Shown here: in pieces, positions 1 to 9,799 of the stretch
How the letters are laid out: each line of letters begins with the position of its first letter
Numbering within the stretch: the stretch's first letter is position 1
NCBI GenBank assembly: GCA_964019335.1
Contig: OZ025657.1
Location: 496,001-560,000, forward strand
DNA from: Diplonema japonicum
Taxonomy: Eukaryota; Protista; Euglenozoa: Diplonemea
Direction of reading: 5' to 3'
DNA: 64,000 bases
Position numbers and translations under genes: made by a program
Notes under the pieces: model-generated
Told to the model about the DNA's origin: nothing
What the model saw: only the letters and a program-made list of their open reading frames with translations
Database searches by the model: none

Positions 1-245
1 ACATTTTTTTTTTTTTAAAATCCCTTTCTCTGTAGAGCACGTGAGACTTTGTGAAGAAATAAAGCGAGCAGCTGAGGAATGGAAAGAGATAGTGGAAGTA
101 AAAGTGTGAATGTTTCGCTGGTTAAAAAATAATAATTCTTCAGGCTTTTTCATTCTTTTTTTTGGGGGGGGTAGGGGGTGCAAAGGAGAGAGGGGGAGGT
201 AAGAAGCAAGTAAAACTCGGAGCGAGTTCTCAGAATACTCGACTA

Positions 246-1490
246 CTGTAAAACGAAAAACTCCCGGACGGAAAAATGTCCGAGTTTTTCCGTCCGGGAA
301 TTTTTTTTAGGTAAGGCCGTCAGGAGGCCTGGTCCACTACCACCTACATACTGGCCTGGGCTGCAAACGGCAACCGCGCGAAGAAACCCCCAGGGTTCCC
401 TTTCTGCATCTTTGTCCTCCCTTGCTGCCCCTGAGGCAATCAGCTTGTCGAGCATAGGTCGTGTGAGAGTTGTAGTCGCCGACAAGCAGCAGAATCGGCC
501 CGTTCGGCAAAACCATGGGAATCGATGATTTATAGCAAAAAAGAAGAAACAGCTCCGTAACCCAGATACCGAGTATCATAATTAGCCAATGATTGGGCGA
601 TGCCGTTAGGCTCCATTCGGTGGGCAGGTGCTTGACCGGGGCACGGATAATCCCTGCCGGTTGCGTTTCCGCTTTGCCTTTGTATTTAAGTTGCGGATGC
701 AACTCATCCAGCCAAGGAAACAGCCAGCTGTTCGGTTATAGCCCGTTTTGTCCCCCAAGCCACGGACTTTAACGACCTTAGCACCCCTTTTCGTTTTAGT
801 TTTTAACCCCGTATTCCAGACCAATTCCGGCCTTACTTTATGGGTGTCGATTATGGACCTGAATTCCATGGTGAAAACAGCGTGCCCTCTCGTTGTCCTT
901 CTCGTTTCCGGAGGTGGCTTGCGGCTTTTGTCTTTCTTGCTGCAAACTTGTCAGCCTAGCTAGTGGAAAGGACAGTGCCCCACCAAAGTCTACCAGGTCT
1001 GTCTTTCGGGCTGGATTGGCGTTCTGCATTGGTGCATATTTGATGTGCTGGGATAGGCTCGCCAAGCCCGTTTTACCTATCGACCGAAGCAAAAACCTTG
1101 GCGGTCTCTGCCACCTCTCGGGGGTGAGCTGGCCGGGGGTGTCAGCACCAAAGTTGGGCCCCTTACAAGCCAGCTGCTCAACGTGCCTCGAGTAGTCGAG
1201 CTGGTCAATTTGACGAAAGAAGTACGGGTTTATGAGAAGTTAAAGATCCCGTGGGTGCTGTTTGTTGGTGCATTGAAAGGGGGAAGATAAATTCAAACTG
1301 CCACGCAGGGTAAACATTTTGGCTCTGCACAAGTCTGCACAAGGAATAAAGCCCTTCCAGGCAAACGTGGTGGGAGCTGCTACCCCCCTTAAGTAAAAAA
1401 GCTTCTTCTCAGAAAAACTCCTGGACGGAAAAATGTCCGGGTTTTTTTGGTGTCCGGGAGTTTTTCCGTCCGACATTATTCGTTTTACAG
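246..1490 (-). mobile_element. Degenerate pogo/Tigger-like (Tc1/mariner superfamily) DNA transposon with fragmented DDE_1 transposase
   Basis: Terminal inverted repeats CTGTAAAACGAA (246) / TTCGTTTTACAG (ends 1490) plus subterminal GGACGGAAAAA repeats at both ends. TA precedes the left end; CA follows the right end. Minus-strand fragments read 'ELVWN..GAKVVKVRGLGDK', 'PQLKYKGK..SPNHW' and 'PILLLVGDYNSH', typical of DDE_1, and are broken by frameshifts. Confidence 0.75.
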
Positions 1491-1898
1491 CACTTTTTTT
1501 TTTTTTTTTTTCCAACCGATTTCTCAATATTTATTTTTCTTTTTTTTTCCATGCTGGGAAGCAGTGGTCACAACGGCCACTAAAGGTATTTCACTTGCTT
1601 TGTTAATCTCACTATTTCTTTTTTTCTTTCGCGTTCTTTCCCAGACAAAGAAACTCTCCTGCTCTTTTCCATCACAATGGAAGGAAAGGAGTACACAGAT
1701 TTCTTTAATTGCCAGGGGAAAAGGACATGGGTTCTTCTTTTTTTTTCTTTTTCTTTCTTTCTCCCCCCCCCCCCCAAGAACAACACTCTCTGGGCAGTCA
1801 CTCGCCGCTTGTCACTGAAAGAATTCTTTATGTCGCGGTAAGTGAAGCACACAGAAAGGTGGGGGGGGGGGGGGGGGGGGTCTTTTACTTTTTTCAAA

Positions 1899-2306
1899 TC
1901 ATTGTAGGCTGCAAATCGTTTTCGATGTTTCAGTCTTGCAGAATGTGTCGGCCGGCATCGTCTTCTCCCAGTTCATCATCCCCCCAGAGATGTTCGCAAC
2001 ATGAGTCTTGCCACACGAAGCAAGAAGCTCACACATTTTCTGAGACCTCCTCCCACTTTTGCACGTCACGAAGATAGGCGACTTCTCAGAGCACCCATCC
2101 TCAGGCTTCAGCTGGAACTGTGCCAACCACGCACCGGTCTTGTCATCTGCATGTTTGTTCATCTCCGACATGGGGACATTTCTCACCCCCACAATGCTCA
2201 CCTCGTTTACCTCACTGGGTTCCCTCACATCCAGAAGAACGCCCCCTGTGTACCCGTGGGCGGCCTTGGGCTCCACCTGAGGGATACCAGTCCATGTAAT
2301 AGACAT
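1899..2306 (-). CDS. Single-domain rhodanese/sulfurtransferase, copy without presequence
   Basis: LLDVREPSE motif, active-site loop CKSGRRS, and 'ISGGMMNW'. Confidence 0.9.
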   Translation of the reverse strand: MSITWTGIPQVEPKAAHGYTGGVLLDVREPSEVNEVSIVGVRNVPMSEMNKHADDKTGAWLAQFQLKPEDGCSEKSPIFVTCKSGRRSQKMCELLASCGKTHVANISGGMMNWEKTMPADTFCKTETSKTICSLQ

Positions 2307-2458
2307 TTTCTTTTCTTAAATCCGCTTGTAATGCCTGGGTTAGGATTTGACCCCTCCTTTTTTTTTTGGTTCATTCTTTTTTTTTTTTTTCCTGGTCAAC
2401 TACCCATCCGTGAAATATGGTGGTTTTTCACACGCAAAATACAAAAAACCACCCACAA

Positions 2459-2483
2459 CACAGCACAGCACAGCACAGCACAG
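2459..2483. repeat. (CACAG)5 microsatellite
   Basis: Directly visible tandem pentamer. Confidence 0.85.
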
Positions 2484-2591
2484 CACTCGCATAATCAAAG
2501 AGCCGATTTGCCCGATTACTCTGTACTATGTACTATTTAAATCGGAAAAGGTTACGACACTGTAATCGTGCCACAATTGAAACAAAAGCCA

Positions 2592-3029
2592 TCAGTTCCT
2601 CTTGATGGTGTCGGCCGGCATCGTCTTCTCCCAGTTCATCATCCCCCCAGAAATGTTTGCAACATGAGTCTTGCCACACGAAGCAAGAAGCTCACACATT
2701 TTCTGAGACCTCACACCTCCTTTGCACGTCACGAAGATAGGCGACTTCTCAGAGCACCCATCCTCAGGCTTCAGCTGGAACTGTGCCAACCACGCACCGG
2801 TCTTGTCATCTGCATGTTTGTTCATCTCCGACATGGGGACATTTCTCACCCCCACAATGCTCACCTCGTTTACCTCACTGGGTTCCCTCACATCCAGAAG
2901 AACGCCCCCTGTGTACCCGTGGGCGGCCTTGGGCTCCACCTGAGGGATACCAGTCCATGTAATAGACATGAATCGCTTTGGGGCAGTGAAGGGCACAGAC
3001 CTGAGAGGACAGGCGACGGCGCGCAACAT
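2592..3029 (-). CDS. Rhodanese tandem paralog with putative mitochondrial presequence
   Basis: Near-identical to 1899-2306 but with loop CKGGVRS and an N-terminal extension MLRAVACPLRSVPFTAPKRF (ATG at 3029). Confidence 0.88.
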   Translation of the reverse strand: MLRAVACPLRSVPFTAPKRFMSITWTGIPQVEPKAAHGYTGGVLLDVREPSEVNEVSIVGVRNVPMSEMNKHADDKTGAWLAQFQLKPEDGCSEKSPIFVTCKGGVRSQKMCELLASCGKTHVANISGGMMNWEKTMPADTIKRN

Positions 3030-3177
3030 TACTATTGACAAGACTTTTTTTCTCTTTTGTGGTGCATATATTGTATCAATATAAAGGGGGGGGGGGGGGG
3101 GGAATACTGGGAATTACTTAAAGGGGGGGGAAGGCTCTTTCGTGGATGGAAATACACGGGGAGGGGAAACATAAGGG

Positions 3178-5028
3178 TTATAGTTTCCTCGGCTGATAAA
3201 GCCTAGTGACGGTGGCGTTCTGGTCCTCCTCCGTCGCAAACTTTTCGATGGGCGGCTTGTACTGCTTGTCGATCACAAGCTTTGTGAACAAAGTGTGATG
3301 CTTCTCCTGCTTGGCTTTGATGCCGCCGGAGTAAAGCTTCGCAACCTGCACCGACATCCCGTCCTTTGTGAGCGGGGGAACACACCTCCTCCCTTCCGCA
3401 CTATGGTACTTGGATTCCAGTTCCCGGACGATGTCCTGGCTCCGGTCGCGAGACGTGTAGTACAGCCTGTTGTTCATCTCAGCAAGGTGTTCCTTCCCGA
3501 TGGTTTTCCGGTTGATTTTCGAGCGTTTTGCTTCTTTGGTCCGTTCTTCTTTTGCACGGAGTTCTATTCTTTGCACGGCTTGCGTGTACAGTCTATCAAC
3601 AAACCCATGTGGGACGGGTGAAGGCGATCTAGACGCTTGTCCGACGAAACCGCGCAGTGGAGCACTCGCAGGCCGCTGTCGATGGTTGTGCTGAATGTCC
3701 TTCGGTACGGGTAACGGTGCGGGTTTTGTAGTTTTCTCTTCTTTGGAGAGCTGGTTGTTGAGCTCCGCCACACGCCTTGCGAGCGTGGCGCAGCGTGCCT
3801 CGTAGTCGATGACAGTGCGTGTCAGTTCCTTCACTTCGTTGTAGTGTTTCTGTTGCTCGCGTGAATATTGCAACGATGACAGTTTCGCCTCCAGCAAGCA
3901 TTGATCCACCAGCACAGACCATGCTTGGATGCTGTCGAGGACTACCGCACGGCCACCCTTCTCGATCGTTTTCGATTGGTTCTTCAGCAACCCAAACATC
4001 TTCGCAATGTCTGCCTTGCACTGGTGCAGACGTGACAACGTCGACGACGAGGCCGGTTCCAAAACAGCGCCTGACTGCAGGGTTTGGATGATCTGCAAGG
4101 TGAACTCCACCAAGGCAGTCTTCTCAGCGGTCTCGCCGAGCCGTTTCCGCAGCCCGTGGTACCTCCTGACCTCGTCTTCCATGATTTCCAAATTTATGTT
4201 GTGGAAATCCATGTTCTCAAGAACCTGTATCTGGTCCGATAAGGTTTTGCAGATCGCGTCCCCTGACTCGCGGAGTTCCTTCGCCACAGCGTGCGACACC
4301 TCTACAGGAGGATCGCCTCCAATTGTGTTGCGGAGGTCCCTCGCAGACGCAAATGACCGTTCGGCCCCGGAGAAATACCGCCCTGTCTCTCTGAATATCA
4401 ACAGCTTCCCGGTGCCCTCACAGGATGATATTCTCGCGACGAATTTCGGGTCTTCTGTGCTGGACTTGATGGCGATGCCCCTTCTTATCGAGTCCGAAAG
4501 GTTTGTCAAAACAGCTTGTTTTTGCTGTTCATGCCGCAGCTCGATGTGGGCCAGATTTTCATCTGACTTCTCCTTTTGCTCCAGCAGCATGGCCACCAAT
4601 ACCCTGTCTGTGAGAAGGCTGTGACCCTCCCCCAGAGCGGCCGTGAGCTCCAGTTCAAGCTGCGTCTTTTCCCGCTCTGTCAGAAACGAGAGTTCGCCTT
4701 GTAGTTCCGAGTGAATTCGCTTCGCTTCTTTTCGGTACCCCTCGATGTGGTTGTCTAGGTAACTTATTGTTGCGGCTTCGATGGCGTATTTTGCGTGTTT
4801 GGAGGTTCCTTCCTCTACGTTGCAGAAGATCTCTGTCCCCGTTTGCCTTTTTACAGAGAGGTACTGGGCGCAGCCAGGCTCGCCTTCAAGCACAGTTTTT
4901 TCAATCAAGAACTGCGCCTTGAACATCGAGAGTTCTTGACAGAGACCCTGGATCATCGTTTTTTGCTTGAGACAGACCGCTCGAAGCTGGTCGATAGAAT
5001 AGTCTGTGAGGTCACCTGAATCCATCAT
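3178..5028 (-). CDS. Hypothetical coiled-coil protein with C-terminal (R/K)LY repeats
   Basis: 616-aa ORF with coding-like composition; repeated VDRLY/NNRLY/VAKLY/VTRLY. Confidence 0.75.
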   Translation of the reverse strand: MMDSGDLTDYSIDQLRAVCLKQKTMIQGLCQELSMFKAQFLIEKTVLEGEPGCAQYLSVKRQTGTEIFCNVEEGTSKHAKYAIEAATISYLDNHIEGYRKEAKRIHSELQGELSFLTEREKTQLELELTAALGEGHSLLTDRVLVAMLLEQKEKSDENLAHIELRHEQQKQAVLTNLSDSIRRGIAIKSSTEDPKFVARISSCEGTGKLLIFRETGRYFSGAERSFASARDLRNTIGGDPPVEVSHAVAKELRESGDAICKTLSDQIQVLENMDFHNINLEIMEDEVRRYHGLRKRLGETAEKTALVEFTLQIIQTLQSGAVLEPASSSTLSRLHQCKADIAKMFGLLKNQSKTIEKGGRAVVLDSIQAWSVLVDQCLLEAKLSSLQYSREQQKHYNEVKELTRTVIDYEARCATLARRVAELNNQLSKEEKTTKPAPLPVPKDIQHNHRQRPASAPLRGFVGQASRSPSPVPHGFVDRLYTQAVQRIELRAKEERTKEAKRSKINRKTIGKEHLAEMNNRLYYTSRDRSQDIVRELESKYHSAEGRRCVPPLTKDGMSVQVAKLYSGGIKAKQEKHHTLFTKLVIDKQYKPPIEKFATEEDQNATVTRLYQPRKL

Positions 5029-5109
5029 GTTTTTTTTCTCCCTCCTTGTGTTTTGGATTTACCAAAAGAAAGAAAGAAAGAAAAGGGAAGCGAAGACACT
5101 TATTAGTTT

Positions 5110-5529
5110 TCACAGGCCCCTGACGTCATCCAGTGCGAGTGTCACCAACGAAAGCCAGCCTCCTATAAGCATCACTCCTCCCAAGGGTGTAATAGGCCCG
5201 ACAATTTTCGCTGGCGGGGTTCCCCCCACGAAGCACAGCAGGTATATGGAGCCTGAAAAGCAAACGATGCCAGCAGTGAACAGGGCGCTGGCAAGAGAGA
5301 GACGTTTCTTCATGAACGGAGTCAGCTTCCCCGCGCCCCCGGACAGCATGATGGAGATCCCCAAGAGAGCCAGGGTGTGCACCATCTGGTATTGAACTGC
5401 CGTGGCCCATTTTGCATCGTTTCCCTTGGCCACCAATCTTTCCTTAAGAGCATGGGCACCAAACGCCCCAAGGCTCACACCTGCCGCACCGCTAAGCCCG
5501 GCGACAAGAAGACTCCATTTTGCATTCAT
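5110..5529 (-). CDS. TMEM256/DUF423 family membrane protein
   Basis: GAFGAHALK, TAVQYQMVH, FSGSIY and GPITPLGG motifs. Confidence 0.92.
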   Translation of the reverse strand: MNAKWSLLVAGLSGAAGVSLGAFGAHALKERLVAKGNDAKWATAVQYQMVHTLALLGISIMLSGGAGKLTPFMKKRLSLASALFTAGIVCFSGSIYLLCFVGGTPPAKIVGPITPLGGVMLIGGWLSLVTLALDDVRGL

Positions 5530-5700
5530 TTTTTCTTTTCTTTTTAAAATATGTTTCCCTTACTTCTAAGTAGATGATAACATTTGGGGGAACTGGAAAT
5601 TAAAAAACCCAAAAAAAAAATAATAATAAGTAAAAAAATAAGGCGGTGTGTGGTTGGGGGGAGAGGGGGAGATTTTTTTTTCTTCAACTGTTCTCTTTTT

Positions 5701-6096
5701 TCACAAAAGCATTTTCGAATCAGGTTTCAAAGCAGTCCCCACCAACGCAAGATCCAGTGTCGAAGGAGTGGTCACCCCGTCCGAGGGTTTCAAGGTGAAG
5801 GGCTGTATCTGCTCAGAGGTGGGAACGAGTGAGAGTGAAGAGTCGGAGTTTGTGGTTACCTTAAAGGCCTCCGAGGCTCCTGTAGAGGTGCAGGTTATTG
5901 TAAGACTATCTTCTTCTATCCCATATGTGTAAGGCACTTCCCCTCCCTCTCCGTCCGACCTTTTGAGCACGAGCACCCTGTCTGAGACAAAGTCGAAGGT
6001 TGCCTCGCTTCCTTTGTACTGCCCAACCCAGGCTCCTTCTAGGTGGAGCCCCCCGGCATCCTCTGCAATGAGGGAGCCTTCCGAGACCAGAGCCAT
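5701..6096 (-). CDS. Hypothetical small beta-rich protein
   Basis: 131-aa ATG ORF with 'LEGAWVG' and a beta-strand-like pattern, co-oriented with neighbours. Confidence 0.55.
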   Translation of the reverse strand: MALVSEGSLIAEDAGGLHLEGAWVGQYKGSEATFDFVSDRVLVLKRSDGEGGEVPYTYGIEEDSLTITCTSTGASEAFKVTTNSDSSLSLVPTSEQIQPFTLKPSDGVTTPSTLDLALVGTALKPDSKMLL

Positions 6097-6210
6097 CGTC
6101 CCTTTACCTTGTTCTGGTGCGTAGAAGAAACGGAAAAATTTATGTCTTAAGAAAAAACAAGAAAATTAATCTAAAATATATCTATTTGCTTCAAAAAAAA
6201 TCAGGGATTT

Positions 6211-7185
6211 CTAATAAGCAGAGGCAGCACCTCTGTACAAGACGTCAGCAGGGTTGAAGCGCCGTGGGGCTTTAGAGAAGGAACCTTGCTGAACAGTGCT
6301 GCCCATGTGCTTCGGGTGGTACAGTGCAGGCGAGGGCGAGACCGACACCCGTCGCCGAGGGGATGGAGAAGGAGACACTCTGGTTGGAGTGGTAGAGCGC
6401 TTGGTAGGTGTAACAGGGCGTGGGTGCAGAGATGTGGCGGGGTCCCAGTTGAGCTTCTTCACGGGGTCCAAGGTTGACGACTGCAGGGGCGTGCGTTTGA
6501 CAAAATCCTTCTTCGGAAAGACGTTAGAGTCGGGCGAGGCTTCTATAATCGTTTTCAGAGGTGTGCGCTTCCGGGTGTCAGGGACCCACTTCTTACACCG
6601 CTTTTCTTCACTCACCTGCGGGCTGGGCGTCACTGAACATTGTCTGAAGGGGTATTCCACCCTTGCCGGTTTTTCCCATTTACTTTTCACAGAAACCCGG
6701 GTTCTTGGGCTAGGTGTAGAAGCCACTGTGGACTTCGGAGTGGGCAGAATGATTTCTTGGTCTTCCTCTCTCTCTTCAGATCTTCTTATGCTCTGTAGTT
6801 CCATTGACCCACCCCTGTCGTTCGCAATGCTCTTACTCCGGCGGAGTGAGCCTGCAGTGACGTAGGAGGTTATTGCCGATCGCAGAGCGGGTGATGAGGG
6901 CGGTTCAAGAGGTGCTTTTTTCTTGTCTTCTTCTTCCTTCAAATAATTCGTCAGTTTCCTGTCCATCTTCTCTTCTTGATTCAGCACCTCGAGCATGGCC
7001 CGCCTTAACTCTTCATTCCGTGCCCCTGTTTCTTTATGCCGCTTGTGCATTTCCTTTGCAATCTCTTCCATCTGCTGTATCCTTTTATCTATCTCTGCTT
7101 CCCCCAACGGTGGCGAGGCACTTACAGATGCCAGTGGTGACCCCGCCTGGATATCAACGACGAGTGCCTGCTGTGGAGTAGCCAT
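6211..7185 (-). CDS. Hypothetical protein: N-terminal coiled coil, S/P/T-rich tail
   Basis: 324-aa ORF with ATG preceded by an A-run, as in neighbouring genes. Confidence 0.7.
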   Translation of the reverse strand: MATPQQALVVDIQAGSPLASVSASPPLGEAEIDKRIQQMEEIAKEMHKRHKETGARNEELRRAMLEVLNQEEKMDRKLTNYLKEEEDKKKAPLEPPSSPALRSAITSYVTAGSLRRSKSIANDRGGSMELQSIRRSEEREEDQEIILPTPKSTVASTPSPRTRVSVKSKWEKPARVEYPFRQCSVTPSPQVSEEKRCKKWVPDTRKRTPLKTIIEASPDSNVFPKKDFVKRTPLQSSTLDPVKKLNWDPATSLHPRPVTPTKRSTTPTRVSPSPSPRRRVSVSPSPALYHPKHMGSTVQQGSFSKAPRRFNPADVLYRGAASAY

Positions 7186-8428
7186 TTCACTCTTTTTTTT
7201 TTTTTTTTTTTTTTTTTTTACCTTTCTCCTCCTTCTCTCCCTCCTGGGTATGGCTAAGGGGAAAAAAAAAAGAAGAGTAATTTATCGAGCTTCGAGTGGC
7301 AAGGGTGTATTCAGGCTGCTACAGAGAGCAGGCCTTACAAGAAGAAAAAAAACACCCACAAAAAAAAGGGGGGCAGAGGGAGGAATGCAGTTTATTTCTT
7401 TATTCCTTTCCTTTTTTTTTTTTGAATACACTGCTCCTCGAATTCAACCAGATTGATAAATGGCTAGAGGGAGGGGAGGGGGTCTGTTCTTTTTTATTGT
7501 TTGCTTTTGTTTCTCCTTTTTTTTTCTTTTTTTTTTTTAAATGGAGGAGTGCTTCCTGTAAAGGAAAAGGTGCCAAAGGGAATTCACACATTTTTAAAAT
7601 AAAAGGCTCCTGCCCCCCCGACCGCAGCTCTGCTTTTATTATGACTGACACATTCGCTCTTTTCTTGTTTTTTTTTCTTGTTAAAAGATTGTAACCAAAA
7701 AAAAGTACAGGAAAAAAGGCGGGGGGGGAACAAAAAAAGCGGGTGCATGCAAGTCCACTTCTTTTTTTTTTTTTGATACCCTTTCCTCTTGCTGAACCTT
7801 TTTTTTTTCTTCTTTTTTTTTAGAACGGAACAAGAGTAGGAAACTCAAGGAAGAGAAAGGTGGATTGAGGCAAAACTGCTAACAGTCACTGCATACAGAA
7901 AGGTATCCACTCTTTCCCCTTCTTCCTCCTTTCCCTTTTTCTGCTGCCAAAGTGGATCAAGGAAAAGAAGAAACGGGCTCGAAGGCGCACCCTTCTTAGC
8001 AATAAATATCCCTCTCCATTGATCTTTTTATGTATCTTTTTTTTTGTAAAATTAATTTCCTCCTCCTTTCTAAGTTGCCCCCCCCCCCCCCCCGCCCAAC
8101 CTTCCCATAATTGTAACAGAACAGAGGAAAGAAACAGAAAACGATTTTTTTTTTTTTGAAAGATCACACACTCAGGGGGGAGTAAGGGGAGGGGAAGACG
8201 TTTTCATTTTTTTTTTCGTTTTTTTTTTAAAACCCCCCAGTAAGACTGAACTAACTGGAACAGGGAGGGGGGGGCGGAAGAAAGAAGAAAAAAAAAAAAA
8301 AAAAACTCCCCCTCGCTGGAAGAAAAGCAACCCTTACACCGAAACTGGGGGACACGTATTCGTCCTCCTGCGCGTCTTGGCCGACACTGCGGAGACGCAT
8401 GAAACAAGCAACAAAGCACTCACGACGG

Positions 8429-9799
8429 CTATACCTTCAGGGGTGCGGACGAATTCAAGAGCCATGTCGAACTGTATATTTGAAAAAAGAAAGAACACAC
8501 CTCTCCCTTCGCTTGGTCCCTCTGCACCTTGGTATGCTTGATGTGGTGGATGTGGAGGAACTCACAGTTCGCTCCCTTCTCGCAAGAGTTTTCCGCAAAC
8601 TCTGGACATCTTTTGATCTCAACAGGCCGTTGCCTCCACTGCCCGTGGCACAACCGGCATCGAAGAACAAGCCAGCCTCGTTTAATACGGACATTGTCCC
8701 AGGAATTATGCGTGCAAGGACGTACCAACAGTACAACTCTGTCTTGAGGTTGTTGCTGTTCTTGTTGAGGGGGATCTGGTTCCTTTTTCAGAACAGGGCT
8801 CACAGGCGGTTCTGTTGAAAGCGTAGCAGGCATGATGATAACCTCGTTAATCCTACGCCCGTCCATTCTGTACTGGTACTCCTGCCGGGAGTGCGTGACG
8901 ATACCCTTTGTGTTCCTCACCGTGATGTGGAACTCCGCCATGACCACCGTGGGACTTGTTTCAGTGAAGCTAATAGCCTTCCATTGCACGGTCGACCCGA
9001 TACCCCAAACCACTTGAAGCATTTTGTTGTAGTAATCTACCACTTCCGGTATCCCCGACAGGTTCTTAATAACCCCCTGCGACGCTTTGTGGTGATCGCG
9101 GAAAATAACATCTTTTGTGCAGAACGCGTTAATCCATTCGCCTATCCACCCGTTGGCCATTGCTCTCGTCCATGTTTTCCATCCATGGTATATGAATGAT
9201 CTTGCGTCGTCAGGGAGTCCTCGTGATGCGGCAGTGTGTGCTTTTCGGAAGTCGGGCGCGGGTTTTGGGGTTGCGAACGTCCCCACAACGAAATCGTTAG
9301 TTGCCTCTCTCGGTATTTCCGTTCTGATCCTGGGTAACGGTTTAAACTCAATGTTGCGGATCTTGTTGTCACGAGAGAGTTGGAATGTGTCTACATGTCT
9401 AGTGGTTATCTTCTTACCGGTGGGGTGGGTTAGGGTTACGTCGTAATCAGCAACGACGCTGCCGTTCTCCTCGCCTGGTGTGAAGTTGTTGGGGCACCAT
9501 GACATTTTGCAGCCTACGCCCCATGCTTTGTTCAACAGCCTGTTGTAATAACTGCAGATCTGGTCCTTGCCCACGATGGGGTTTTCGGGATCGGCGAAAT
9601 GGTCGGCGAGCTTTACATTATCCTCGCACATGGCGTCGACCCACTCCTCCACCCAACCCCCCGCCATCGCCATTTGCCAGGACAGCCATCCTTCTCTTAT
9701 AAATTCCACACACGTGGTCTGTGAAGGATCCGTCCCCCTTGACAACCTGCATTGATCTATTGATGATTGGCGTGCCGGTTCGAATACATTTTCATCCAT
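8429..9799 (-). CDS. Protein with two SnoaL/NTF2-like repeats, a C/H zinc-ribbon-like module and a CCCH zinc finger; 3' end probably spliced
   Basis: Duplicated 'GW.(S/T)W..AMA.GW..EW..A.C..' domains; PCTHNSWDNVR..RCRLC; CPEFAENSCEKGANCEFLH. Likely ATG at 9799. Possible intron 8472-8500. Confidence 0.75.
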   Translation of the reverse strand: MDENVFEPARQSSIDQCRLSRGTDPSQTTCVEFIREGWLSWQMAMAGGWVEEWVDAMCEDNVKLADHFADPENPIVGKDQICSYYNRLLNKAWGVGCKMSWCPNNFTPGEENGSVVADYDVTLTHPTGKKITTRHVDTFQLSRDNKIRNIEFKPLPRIRTEIPREATNDFVVGTFATPKPAPDFRKAHTAASRGLPDDARSFIYHGWKTWTRAMANGWIGEWINAFCTKDVIFRDHHKASQGVIKNLSGIPEVVDYYNKMLQVVWGIGSTVQWKAISFTETSPTVVMAEFHITVRNTKGIVTHSRQEYQYRMDGRRINEVIIMPATLSTEPPVSPVLKKEPDPPQQEQQQPQDRVVLLVRPCTHNSWDNVRIKRGWLVLRCRLCHGQWRQRPVEIKRCPEFAENSCEKGANCEFLHIHHIKHTKVQRDQAKGEVCSFFFQIYSSTWLLNSSAPLKV

